Below the pieces are notes generated by a model. That model was not told the DNA's origin, did no database searches, and worked only from the letters and a program-made list of their open reading frames with translations. The position numbers and the translations under genes were made by a program. From Gemmatimonadota bacterium (GTDB lineage Bacteria > Gemmatimonadota > Gemmatimonadetes > Gemmatimonadales > GWC2-71-9), in NCBI GenBank assembly GCA_036679605.1, contig JAZDCZ010000386.1, forward strand, positions 66,311 to 130,310: 64,000 bases of DNA, written 5' to 3'. Shown one piece after another: positions 26,448 to 35,666 of this stretch. How positions within the stretch are numbered: position 1 is the stretch's first letter; the number at the start of each line of letters is the position of its first letter.

Positions 26448-28980
26448 CAGTCGGGTGACCTTGCCCATTGAGGGGATGACATGCGGCGCGTGCGCGGTGG
26501 CCGTACAAAAGCGCTTGCAGCAGGAACCCGGTGTTACGGACGCCGCCGTCAATTTCGCGACCGGTAAATCCACGATCACCTTCGATGAAGATGCAGTTCG
26601 CGTAGCCAACCTGGTTAGTGCGGTACGTGATGCAGGATACGACTGTGCTAAGACCTCCATTTCATTCGAAGTGGAAGGGCTTCACTATGCAGCTGGGACC
26701 TCGCGCCTCGAGAGCGCCCTTTCGTCACTGCAGGGAGTGCTGTCGAGTACGGCGAATCAAGCCACGGAGCATGTGCATGTGGAGTATGTGCCGGGCATGG
26801 TTACCGCGAAGGAGATTGAGGACCGTGTAGCCGAATCCGGGTTCACAGTAACCGAGCCTCTGGCCGAAGACGATCCAGTTGAACGGGAGCGGCTGCGCCG
26901 GCGGAAAGAGATGAAGGTGCTCTCCTGGAAGTTTGCAGTGGCCGCTGTCGGTGCAGTTGCAACCATGGTGGGTTCGATGCCACTCATGGCTGCAATGACC
27001 GCTAAGGAGGGCGATCTATTCGCGCGGGCGACGCGACCGCTCGGGGACCTACTTCGCTCATTTGTGCCACAGCTGTATCAGGTCGATCCGACGACGCTCA
27101 AGCTGGTGTTGCTGGGTATCACCTTGCCGGTGGTGCTCTGGTCCGGGCGCCAGTTCTATCGCGGAGCCTGGAGTGGTGTGAAGCATCGCTCGGCCGACAT
27201 GAATACGTTGATCGCGGTCGGAACCGGCGCCGCTTTTTTGTACTCGTGCGTCGCTACTTTGGTCCCCACGATCTTCAGAAACGCAGGCCTGCCAGGTGAC
27301 GTCTATTTCGAGGCGGTCAACGCGATTATTGCACTGATACTGCTGGGCCGTCTGCTAGAGGCTAGGGCCAAGGGACAGACATCGGAGGCGATTAGGAAGC
27401 TGCTTCAGCTGAGGCCCAAGACGGCTACGGTTCAACGTGACGGCAGCGATATCGAAATCCCGGTGGAGGCGGTGAAATGTGGCGACCATGTGCTCATCCG
27501 ACCGGGCGAGACGATACCCGTGGACGGCGTCGTGATTGAGGGAGAGTCTACTGTGGCAGAGGCTATGCTGACAGGTGAGCCGATGCCGGTGGACAAGAAG
27601 GCCGGCGACAAAGTGGTTGGTGGTACCACCAACGGATTGGGCTCGTTCACCTTCGAAGCAAAAGCGGTCGGCAAAGACACCATGCTGGCTCAAATCATCC
27701 GGCTTGTCGAGGAGGCGCAGGGTACTAAAGCCCCAGCGCAACGATTGGCCGATCAGGTGGCGGGCGTGTTCGTCCCGATCGTTATTGCGATCGCCATCGT
27801 GGCCTTTGTCGTATGGTTTGTGATCGGGCCGCCACCACCGTTCGTCTTTGCGACTGTCGCGTTAGTAACGGTACTCGTAATTGCGTGCCCGTGCGCGTTG
27901 GGGCTGGCTACTCCCACCGCTATCATGGTCGGGACTGGTCGAGGAGCCGAACACGGCATCTTGATTCGTGGCGGTGAGGCCCTAGAGGTCGCACAACGAA
28001 TCGATACCATCGTCTTTGATAAGACGGGCACGATAACAGAAGGCAAGCCCACCGTCACCCATATTCTCGGTGCGAAGCGGTCCGACGGCAGTACCGTCGG
28101 TGCTCCTGAACTGCTGCGGTTGGCTGCCGCAGTCGAATCCCGATCCGAGCATCCGATTGCTGCTGCGATAGTGACTGCGGCGGAGGGTAAAGACATATCG
28201 ATTCCGTCGGTCGAGCGGTTTGTGGCAATGGAGGGACGAGGTGCTCGCGGCATCGTGGGGAAGTACTTGGTGGAAGTCGTGAGCATGCGTCACGCCACGG
28301 AACGAAGCCTGGATCTCGGCTCTCTTGCCAAGTCTGCGGAACGCCACATCCTTGCTGGGCGGTCACCGGTTGTTGTTGTCGTGAATGATACGGTCCAAGG
28401 CGTCATCTTGATTGCTGACGCTACGAAGGAAGGGGCCAAGGTCGCGATCGATCGCCTCAAGGAAATGGGGTACGATCTCTATGTCTTGAGTGGTGATAGC
28501 AGAATCGCGACGGGATTGGTGGCAAAAGAGGTGGGCATCGAACGGGTTATTGCCGAGGTGGATCCGAGTGGCAAGGCGGACGAGATAAGGCGATTGCAAG
28601 CCGATGGCCGAGTTGTTGGGATGGTTGGCGACGGGCTTAATGACGCGGCGGCTCTGGCCCAAGCGGATGCGGGATTCTCGATTGGCACGGGGACCGACGT
28701 GGCAGTGGAGGCATCGGACATTACGCTGATTCGGGGTGATCTCGGCGCCATCGTTACGGCCATAGAGCTTTCGAGGCGCACAATGGGAATCATCAAAGGG
28801 AATCTATTCCTTGCGTTTGTGTACAACGCTTTAGGGATACCCCTGGCTGCGGGTGTCTTGTACCCGTTCTTCGGGATTCTCCTGAGCCCAGTGGTAGGCA
28901 GTGCCGCAATGGCTTTATCGAGTCTGAGCGTTGTAAGTAACAGTCTACGTCTTCGGAGATTCACTCCTTCAATAACCTGA
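26440..28980 (+). CDS. copA: Copper-translocating P1B-type ATPase
   Basis: The HMA domain has GMTCGACAV. Other motifs are TGEPMPV, the transmembrane [10 protein letters not shown], the phosphorylation site DKTGTITEG, and [10 protein letters not shown]. The start is ATG 26440 or 26431; the track gives 26371. Confidence 0.93.
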   Translation: MGSSRVTLPIEGMTCGACAVAVQKRLQQEPGVTDAAVNFATGKSTITFDEDAVRVANLVSAVRDAGYDCAKTSISFEVEGLHYAAGTSRLESALSSLQGVLSSTANQATEHVHVEYVPGMVTAKEIEDRVAESGFTVTEPLAEDDPVERERLRRRKEMKVLSWKFAVAAVGAVATMVGSMPLMAAMTAKEGDLFARATRPLGDLLRSFVPQLYQVDPTTLKLVLLGITLPVVLWSGRQFYRGAWSGVKHRSADMNTLIAVGTGAAFLYSCVATLVPTIFRNAGLPGDVYFEAVNAIIALILLGRLLEARAKGQTSEAIRKLLQLRPKTATVQRDGSDIEIPVEAVKCGDHVLIRPGETIPVDGVVIEGESTVAEAMLTGEPMPVDKKAGDKVVGGTTNGLGSFTFEAKAVGKDTMLAQIIRLVEEAQGTKAPAQRLADQVAGVFVPIVIAIAIVAFVVWFVIGPPPPFVFATVALVTVLVIACPCALGLATPTAIMVGTGRGAEHGILIRGGEALEVAQRIDTIVFDKTGTITEGKPTVTHILGAKRSDGSTVGAPELLRLAAAVESRSEHPIAAAIVTAAEGKDISIPSVERFVAMEGRGARGIVGKYLVEVVSMRHATERSLDLGSLAKSAERHILAGRSPVVVVVNDTVQGVILIADATKEGAKVAIDRLKEMGYDLYVLSGDSRIATGLVAKEVGIERVIAEVDPSGKADEIRRLQADGRVVGMVGDGLNDAAALAQADAGFSIGTGTDVAVEASDITLIRGDLGAIVTAIELSRRTMGIIKGNLFLAFVYNALGIPLAAGVLYPFFGILLSPVVGSAAMALSSLSVVSNSLRLRRFTPSIT

Positions 28981-28987
28981 AGCGACA

Positions 28988-29278
28988 ATGCGCTATTTTC
29001 ACCGTACATCTCTGCCGATTGATCACGTTCTGACAGAAGCCGATAACTACTTTGGCCACCGAATGGCCAGAGACGAAACAGATGGATCCAATAGGGTCTT
29101 CACTGGAACCATCGGGAGGATCTCGGTCGCTGTTCGCGCCGAGGGCGGACACTACACTTTGATTACGGTGGAGACCGACCAGGTAGGTGAGAGCGAGGCT
29201 GACAGGGTGGCCAAACGGTTTCTGTCGGTCGTTCACAACGTCGCTCAGCCGGATCATGTTCTCAGAGGTTCGTACTAG
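28988..29278 (+). CDS. Hypothetical 96-aa protein between copA and copZ
   Basis: An intact ORF 7 nt after the copA stop and 23 nt before copZ. It has no Cys and no motif I recognise, but several His (HRTSLPIDH, GH, GGH, VVH, DH). Confidence 0.5.
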   Translation: MRYFHRTSLPIDHVLTEADNYFGHRMARDETDGSNRVFTGTIGRISVAVRAEGGHYTLITVETDQVGESEADRVAKRFLSVVHNVAQPDHVLRGSY

Positions 29279-29301
29279 ACAAGAAGGATAGGGGCAGAAT
29301 T

Positions 29302-29517
29302 ATGGCGTCTGTTAGTTTGGATGTGACTGGCATGACCTGCGACCATTGTCGCGGTCGCGTGGAAGGGGCGCTCAAAGGAATTCAAGGCGTGTACGCAGTC
29401 TTTGTTGATCTAGACGCGAACCTCGCCGAAGTAGATTTCGACGCCGAGAAGGCGACTTCAGACTCCTTGATCGATGCTGTCACGCAGGCAGGGTACGGAG
29501 CCAAGGTAGCTCCGTGA
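29302..29517 (+). CDS. copZ: Heavy-metal-associated (HMA) copper chaperone
   Basis: 71 aa with GMTCDHCRGRVEGAL and a ferredoxin-like HMA pattern. Confidence 0.88.
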   Translation: MASVSLDVTGMTCDHCRGRVEGALKGIQGVYAVFVDLDANLAEVDFDAEKATSDSLIDAVTQAGYGAKVAP

Positions 29518-30560
29518 TTTCCAAGGCTGGCCAAGTGCCGGCGACTGCCATACCTGCCGGTCTCTCCTCCAACCAACTGATTGATATTTACTACTATCTG
29601 AGGCTCACTCGTTCTCTGGATGAACGGTTGGTGAGCCTGCATCGTCAGGGCAAGGTGATTGGGGGTTTGTTCAGCTCGCTTGGGCAGGAGGGCGAGAGCG
29701 TGGCGAGTGCCTATGCCTTGGAGGACGGTGACATAATGTCCCCGCTTATTCGCAACCTGGGCTCGATGCTGGTTCGAGGGGCCATGCCCATTGAGGTTCT
29801 CCGTCAGTATATGGCCAAGGCGACTAGCCCCGCTCGCGGGCGGGACGGCAACATCCACTTCAACGATCTCGAACTTGGATATCTGGGACAGATCTCCCAG
29901 CTAGGTGACATGGTAGCAGTGATGGCGGGAGTGGCTCTGAGCTTCAAACTGCGGGGAGAGAGGCGGGTTGGCTTGGTGTACGTGGGTGACGGTGCTACCA
30001 GCACCGGTGCATTCCACGAAGGCTTGAATCTAGCCGCTGTCCAGCGGGCTCCGCTTGTGGTAATTGTCGAGAACAACGGGTACGCGTATTCTACCCCTAC
30101 CGTGAAACAGGCTGCTGTGGAACGTTTATCTACAAAGGCAAAGGCTTACGGGGTTGCGGCTGCTTCGGTAGATGGCAACGACGTGTTTGCCGTGTATGAG
30201 GCTACAAAGAATGCGGTTCGGAACGCACGTGACGGTGGTGGAGTGACACTCATTGAGGTGGTAACCTATAGGCGGAAGGGGCACGCTCAGCACGACAACC
30301 AGAGCTACCAACCGAAAGATGAGATAGCCTTGTGGGAGAGCCGGGATCCTATCGACCGTTACACTCGGCGTGTCCGTGATGAGGGCTGGCTTTCACAGAG
30401 TGAGCTGAGGGAGGTCGAGGCAAGAGTGAGCACAGAACTCGATGCAGCCGTTGCGGAATGCGAGAACGATCAACTTCCCGCCGGCGATACTGCGCTTGCT
30501 AACGTGCTGGTCGATCCGGACTCTGCCTGCCGTCTTTGGTTTAGGGGGTTGGATGCCTGA
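29514..30560 (+). CDS. 2-oxoacid dehydrogenase (PDH/BCKDH-type) E1 component, alpha subunit
   Basis: ThDP-binding region VYVGDGATSTGAFHEGLNLAA...VVIVENNGYA. GTG 29514 overlaps the copZ TGA; an alternative GTG lies at 29532. Confidence 0.88.
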   Translation: MISKAGQVPATAIPAGLSSNQLIDIYYYLRLTRSLDERLVSLHRQGKVIGGLFSSLGQEGESVASAYALEDGDIMSPLIRNLGSMLVRGAMPIEVLRQYMAKATSPARGRDGNIHFNDLELGYLGQISQLGDMVAVMAGVALSFKLRGERRVGLVYVGDGATSTGAFHEGLNLAAVQRAPLVVIVENNGYAYSTPTVKQAAVERLSTKAKAYGVAAASVDGNDVFAVYEATKNAVRNARDGGGVTLIEVVTYRRKGHAQHDNQSYQPKDEIALWESRDPIDRYTRRVRDEGWLSQSELREVEARVSTELDAAVAECENDQLPAGDTALANVLVDPDSACRLWFRGLDA

Positions 30561-31533
30561 GATCACCTACCTAGAGGCCATACGTCAGGGTTTGTCGGAG
30601 GAGATGCAACGCGACGAGAATGTGTTCATTATAGGTGAGGATGTGGGTGCCTACGGAGGTGCGTTCAAAGTAACCGATGGCTTGCTCGACCGCTTTGGAC
30701 CCAACCGTGTCATCGATACCCCGATTAGTGAAACGGCGATTGTGGGCGCCGCCGCCGGAGCTGCCCACATGGGCATGCGGCCGGTTGCAGAGATGCAGTT
30801 CATCGACTTCATCTCGTGCGCGTACGACATTCTCACAAACTATGTGGCAACTGCACGCTACCGCGCAGGGCTCTCAACTCCCATTGTGGTTCGGGGTCCA
30901 TCGGGTGGATACGTCCGCGGTGGCCCTTTTCACTCGCAGAATCCGGAGGCTGCGTTTTTCCACACACCAGGGCTCAAGCTCGTCTGTCCGGCAACGGCGC
31001 GTGATGCCAAGGGCCTTATTAAATCGGCGATTCGGGACGACGATCCAGTCATCTACTTCGAGCACAAGTATCTCTATAGGCGAATCAAGGAGGACCTACC
31101 TGATGACGAGGAGATCATCACACCCATTGGAAAGGCACAGATCAGACGCAGCGGGAGCGATCTAACGATCATTACCTGGTCGGCCATGGTGTGGAAATCG
31201 TTGGAAGCCGCCGAACGGATCGAAGTGGAGGATGGAGCTTCGGTGGAGGTGATTGATCTGCGCACGCTCGTTCCCATGGATGACGAAACGTTGCTCGAGT
31301 CGGTCAGGCGGACGAACAAGGTACTCGTTGTGCACGAGGATACGCGCACCGGTGGTGTGGCAGGAGAGATCATGGCGCGTATCAACGAGGCAGCTTTCGA
31401 GTGGCTCGATGGACCGGTGATACGAGTGACGGCCCACGACACTCCAATTCCGTATGCGCCCTCGCTGGAGGATTTCGTGTTGCCGCAGACCGATGATGTT
31501 GTGCGAGCGGCTAGGTGGCTTCTGGCCTACTGA
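30553..31533 (+). CDS. 2-oxoacid dehydrogenase E1 component, beta subunit
   Basis: MPEITYLEAIRQGLSEEM...IIGEDVGAYGGAFKVTDGL...RVIDTPISE is typical of E1beta. ATG 30553 overlaps the E1alpha stop; the track gives 30442. Confidence 0.9.
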   Translation: MPEITYLEAIRQGLSEEMQRDENVFIIGEDVGAYGGAFKVTDGLLDRFGPNRVIDTPISETAIVGAAAGAAHMGMRPVAEMQFIDFISCAYDILTNYVATARYRAGLSTPIVVRGPSGGYVRGGPFHSQNPEAAFFHTPGLKLVCPATARDAKGLIKSAIRDDDPVIYFEHKYLYRRIKEDLPDDEEIITPIGKAQIRRSGSDLTIITWSAMVWKSLEAAERIEVEDGASVEVIDLRTLVPMDDETLLESVRRTNKVLVVHEDTRTGGVAGEIMARINEAAFEWLDGPVIRVTAHDTPIPYAPSLEDFVLPQTDDVVRAARWLLAY

Positions 31534-31976
31534 CGGGCGGTGCGACGCCAGGGTATGGGACCAAAGACAACCGTCGGTACGGCTTCTGAGCGGCTGAGCC
31601 CGAGAATGTTACGCCGGACTGCAGACACAGAGTATGCGTTTCGCAACACGAAGCACCAGGCATGCTCCCCCCATACGCTTCGACGAAAGACCGTGCGATT
31701 GCCGGTGCGTTGTATCGCAACGGAAGCAGCCCGCCGTATTTTCATAATTATTGCCTTCCGAGACAGCGAAGCAGGTGCTCTCGCCAAGAGCCGGAGCCTT
31801 GATTGCGTGAGGGACACTTCGTCGATCTGCCAACCCGGATTTGCGCACGCTTTACCGATCAGGCGCTCGCAGAATCGGGCGGTTGCGGGTATCTTCAACT
31901 GTTCACAGTCTGGTGCGATGGTACAAATGATGTGGCACCATTTTTTGGTGACCGTTGCATGGACGTGGTGTTTCAT
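31527..31976 (-). mobile_element. IS200/IS605-type Y1 transposase-like ORF (149 aa) with an apparently degenerate HUH motif; possible IS remnant or domesticated copy
   Basis: This is the only long ORF in the 549-bp E1beta-E2 gap. By eye its layout follows TnpA(IS200). KHHVHATVTKK sits where KYHIVFxxKYRR is expected. IDEVSLTQSRLRLLARAPASLSRKAIIMKIRRAAS sits where I.E....DHVHLL..PP..S.S....LKG.SS is expected. W...RNAYSVSAV sits where W.RGYFVSTVG (catalytic Tyr) is expected. The comparison is from memory, not a search. The ORF is Cys/Trp/Arg-rich and lacks an obvious RBS. Confidence 0.35.
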
Positions 31977-32082
31977 GCGGCAAAGATGTATGCCGCAGTG
32001 CCACTAGGCATACCCAAATTTACGCAGCTAATGACACAATTTTTCCGTAAGCCGGGGCGACGGCACTTCAGGGAGACCGTGC

Positions 32083-33435
32083 ATGTCTAGGGTAGATGTG
32101 GTAATGCCACAAATGGGAGAGTCAATTGCCGAGGGCACTGTCTCACAGTGGCTCAAGAAGGTTGGCGATGAGGTCAAGCGTGATGAGGCCATCCTAGAGA
32201 TCTCGACGGACAAGGTTGACGCTGAGATTCCGTCTCCCGTAGGCGGCGTCCTGGCTGAGATAAAGGTTGAAGCAGGTGCGACCGTGGAAGTCCAAACGGT
32301 CATCGCCGTGATCGAGACCGAGAAGGGTGCGGCCGTTGCGTCCCCCACACTCGAGAAGTCCGCGGACGACTCTGTCGCAGTAACACCGGCACCGGTGGCG
32401 GCAGCTCCGGGCGGTTTGGTAGACCCGACTCCAACGCCTGCCGTTGAGCCTCATACACCGGCCGGTGACGGTGGTAGTGAAACGGCCGAAGATCGACTGA
32501 GACGCAGGTCGACCCCGTTGGTGCGCAAGATCGCGGCCGAGCACCAGGTGGAGATTGAGACAATAGAGGGAACGGGCCACGGCGGCCGTGTGACAAAAAA
32601 GGACATCATGTTGTTCCTGGAGGGCCGCGCATCTGCAGTGCCGGCTGCTGTTGTCCAGAGTTCGCCGGGGCGTGCTGGGATACCGCGTGAAGATCGCGGA
32701 GAGATCGTGCACCCGACCGTAGAACCCTGGCCGGGCGACCGAGTTGAGCCGATGACCAGGATTCGGAAACTCACCGCCGATCACATGGTGTTGTCTCGTC
32801 GCGTATCGGCGCACGTGACCAGCTTCTATGAGGTCGATTTCTCGGCCATCGCCCAGATCAGGCAGGACAAGAAGGATGACTACTTGCAGCGTGGTGCCAG
32901 GCTCACGTTCTTGGCGTTCATTGTGAACGTTTTGTCGAGCAATCTTCGGAAACACGCGATCCTCAACGCCTCGGTCAGCGGCGACAATATTATCTATCGG
33001 CAACCGATCAACATTGGAATCGCTGTGGCGCTTGACTGGGGTTTGATCGTTCCTGTTCTGAAGAACGCCGACGATCTGTCACTCATAGGGATCGCCAAGC
33101 GAATGGCCGACCTGGGCGAGCGAGCGCGAAGCAAGCGTCTCAGCCCGGACGAGGTCCAGCAGGGAACGTTCACGATCACTAATCCGGGAGGATTCGGTTC
33201 GTATATCGGTGCTCCGATCATAAGCCAGCCACAGGTCGCGATCATGGGCGTCGGGGCGATAGAGAAGAGACCTAAGGTCATTACACTGGCTGACGGCCAA
33301 GATGTCATTGCCATTCGTACGATGGGAATGCTTTCGCTTTCCTACGATCACCGTGTGGTAGACGGGGCCGATGCCGACAGATTCATGGCGGATGTAAAGA
33401 GCGACCTCGAGCAGTTCACGGCTAGTGCGGTATAG
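32083..33435 (+). CDS. Dihydrolipoamide acyltransferase (E2) of a 2-oxoacid dehydrogenase complex
   Basis: It has a lipoyl domain (EISTDKVDAEIPSP), a Pro/Ala linker, a peripheral subunit-binding domain (STPLVRKIAAEHQVEIETIEGTGHGGRVTKKD) and a catalytic domain (LSLSYDHRVVDGA). Confidence 0.92.
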   Translation: MSRVDVVMPQMGESIAEGTVSQWLKKVGDEVKRDEAILEISTDKVDAEIPSPVGGVLAEIKVEAGATVEVQTVIAVIETEKGAAVASPTLEKSADDSVAVTPAPVAAAPGGLVDPTPTPAVEPHTPAGDGGSETAEDRLRRRSTPLVRKIAAEHQVEIETIEGTGHGGRVTKKDIMLFLEGRASAVPAAVVQSSPGRAGIPREDRGEIVHPTVEPWPGDRVEPMTRIRKLTADHMVLSRRVSAHVTSFYEVDFSAIAQIRQDKKDDYLQRGARLTFLAFIVNVLSSNLRKHAILNASVSGDNIIYRQPINIGIAVALDWGLIVPVLKNADDLSLIGIAKRMADLGERARSKRLSPDEVQQGTFTITNPGGFGSYIGAPIISQPQVAIMGVGAIEKRPKVITLADGQDVIAIRTMGMLSLSYDHRVVDGADADRFMADVKSDLEQFTASAV

Positions 33436-33438
33436 GCC

Positions 33439-33714
33439 GTGGCGCGCCGTACGATCGACGTCAATGGTGAGCGCTGGGCTATCTATCCATCCGGTCGCGT
33501 AACCGTATACAACCGAGACGAATTTGCCCTCATGTTTGAAAAGGGAACCGGGCCGGATAGAGTGTGTCGTGTAACGCGGTTCTCACCTCAGGGTATGCGC
33601 CGTCGTGATGCGGCCCTTTCGGAGCTGTCCGATTCGCAGCTACTGGACTTGTTTCGAACGTCGCAGATAGCTCGCACCAGTCCGGAGGCCGGCTACCGCC
33701 GCCGGACCAACTAG
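33439..33714 (+). CDS. Hypothetical 91-aa protein
   Basis: An intact ORF with a GTG start, 3 nt after the E2 stop and 2 nt before the PHP gene. No recognisable motif. Confidence 0.5.
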   Translation: MARRTIDVNGERWAIYPSGRVTVYNRDEFALMFEKGTGPDRVCRVTRFSPQGMRRRDAALSELSDSQLLDLFRTSQIARTSPEAGYRRRTN

Positions 33715-33716
33715 CT

Positions 33717-34583
33717 GTGCCCAAAATAGATCTGCACCTTCATTCAACCGCTTCAGACGGGTCGTGTACGCCTGCCGAGGTGGTCCGACAGTCCATGGTG
33801 TGTGGCTTGACCGCAATCGCTCTTACCGATCACGACACGCTGGGTGGTGTGCCGGAAGCGGTTTCGGCCGCTAGGGACTGCGATCTGCGTGTCCTAGCCG
33901 GATGCGAGTTCAGTGCCTCCTCCACGTGGGGTGAGGTCCACATCCTGGCATATTTCCTCCCGCTCGACGACCCATCCCTGAATTCTTTTATCACGTTGCA
34001 GCAGGATCGACGACTCGCGCGCGCGAAGTCCATGGTGGACCGGCTCAATCGGCTGGGAGTCGCTATTGGACTCGACGACGTTCTCGAGGTGGCAAAGGGG
34101 GGTGTGCTAGGACGCCCGCACGTGGCGCGCACTTTGGTGAAGCGCGGTGCGGTGAAGGATGTTCAGGCAGCGTTCCGCAGATACCTGGGTGCCGACCTGC
34201 CGGCCTACGTCCCCAAAGAGTTACCGACTCTGGCTGAGGTTGCCTCGGTGGTGAGACTTACGGGAGGTACTACGTCGGCCGCCCATCTGAGGGAGTTGGC
34301 CTTGGATCCAGATGTACTCGATGAGTTGGTTGATGCGGGAGTGGATGCAGTAGAGGTGATGCATCCCTCCCACCATGAGAGACAGTTCGCAGCGATCGAG
34401 GCGGCGGCGCGGCGGGTCGGGTTGCTGGCCACGGGAGGATCGGATTGGCACGGTGAGGAATCCGGCGGGCCGAGTCGAGCGGTCCCGGGATCTCTTAACG
34501 TGCCGCCGGTCTGGCTGGGTCAGATAGAAGCGCTCCATCGCCAGCGATCCGTAATGGAACCAGCCGCAGAGGGGGGTCGTTAA
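33717..34583 (+). CDS. PHP-domain metal-dependent phosphoesterase (TrpH/YciV-like)
   Basis: The N-terminal IDLHLHSTASDGS...ALTDHDT motif is present, followed by later His/Asp metal ligands (HIL, AHL, MHPSH, GGSDWHG). Confidence 0.85.
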   Translation: MPKIDLHLHSTASDGSCTPAEVVRQSMVCGLTAIALTDHDTLGGVPEAVSAARDCDLRVLAGCEFSASSTWGEVHILAYFLPLDDPSLNSFITLQQDRRLARAKSMVDRLNRLGVAIGLDDVLEVAKGGVLGRPHVARTLVKRGAVKDVQAAFRRYLGADLPAYVPKELPTLAEVASVVRLTGGTTSAAHLRELALDPDVLDELVDAGVDAVEVMHPSHHERQFAAIEAAARRVGLLATGGSDWHGEESGGPSRAVPGSLNVPPVWLGQIEALHRQRSVMEPAAEGGR

Positions 34584-34694
34584 TAGTGGTGGAGTTATCG
34601 TTAATGAGAAATTGAGAACCTCGGGGTATTGCGCATCATTCTTGTGCAGCGAAGTGATGGGGAATAGCCCGGCCGTCAGGAATTGAGGATAGAA

Positions 34695-35666
34695 GTGACG
34701 AACGACAGAAGTAGCGGACTGCGATATGATGTAGTTGTCATCGGTGGAGGGCCGGCCGGACTGTGTGCGGCCATGTACGCCGCACGGGGCACACTCAAGT
34801 GCGTGCTAATCGAGCGTGGATTGCCGGGAGGCGAACTGCTCAATACGGAACTCATCGAGGATTACATCGGCTTTGAGAGCATCTTGGGACGCGACCTTGC
34901 GGAGAAGATGACCAACCACGCGCTCAAGTTCGGCGCCGAGATTGTTACCGACACGGTCGAGACGATTGAGAAGACGCCGGATGGGGAATTTGAGGTGAGG
35001 ACTGCTTTGGGAAAGACCTATAACGCCCCGTCTGTGATCCTTACAGCGGGTGGTACTCCCACCAAGTTGGATGTGCCCGGCGAAATAGAGTATGCCGGAA
35101 AAGGCGTATCGTACTGCGCAGTGTGTGACGGCGCGTTTTTCAAAGAAGAGACCATTGCGGTGATTGGTGGCGGTGACGCCGCAACTGAAGAGGCGGACTA
35201 TCTAACGCGCTTTGCGAAGAAAGTGTACGTCATTCATCGGCGAGATAAGTTCCGCGCGACTCAGATTCTGCAGGACCGGGTGTTTGCGAACCCGAAGATC
35301 GAAGTGGTGTGGAACAAAGTTGTCGAGGAACTCACCGGCGACGAAAGTGGAATGAAGAGTCTTTCATTGAAGGACACTGTCACCGGAGAAACTTCCACAC
35401 TCGATGTGACGGGTGCGTTCATCTTTATTGGATTTCGCCCCAACACAGATCTAGTAAAGGGACATTTCGATCACGATGCCGGTGGCTACATCATAACCGA
35501 CAGCAACATGATGATGTCAATCGAAGGACTCTTTGCTGCTGGTGACCTGCGCCAGCAACTGGTAAGGCAGATCACCACGGCAGTCGGAGATGGCACAACA
35601 GCTGCCATCGCGGTCGAGAAATACCTGGCGGATCGGAAGGATAAGGCCGTCGTTGGCGCCGGTTGA
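34695..35666 (+). CDS. trxB: Thioredoxin-disulfide reductase
   Basis: The FAD motif is YDVVVIGGGPAG, the redox-active site is CAVCDG, the NADPH motif is VIGGGDAATEEA, and the C-terminus has FAAGD. GTG 34695 has AGGA 5 nt upstream; the track gives TTG 34683. Confidence 0.92.
   Translation: MTNDRSSGLRYDVVVIGGGPAGLCAAMYAARGTLKCVLIERGLPGGELLNTELIEDYIGFESILGRDLAEKMTNHALKFGAEIVTDTVETIEKTPDGEFEVRTALGKTYNAPSVILTAGGTPTKLDVPGEIEYAGKGVSYCAVCDGAFFKEETIAVIGGGDAATEEADYLTRFAKKVYVIHRRDKFRATQILQDRVFANPKIEVVWNKVVEELTGDESGMKSLSLKDTVTGETSTLDVTGAFIFIGFRPNTDLVKGHFDHDAGGYIITDSNMMMSIEGLFAAGDLRQQLVRQITTAVGDGTTAAIAVEKYLADRKDKAVVGAG

Noticed and set aside
31540-32007. A 155-aa + strand ORF in the E1beta-E2 gap.
   Set aside because: Its composition is junk-like (R/C/W-rich) with no motif. 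The opposite-strand ORF at least shows an IS200-like motif order. Neither is proven.
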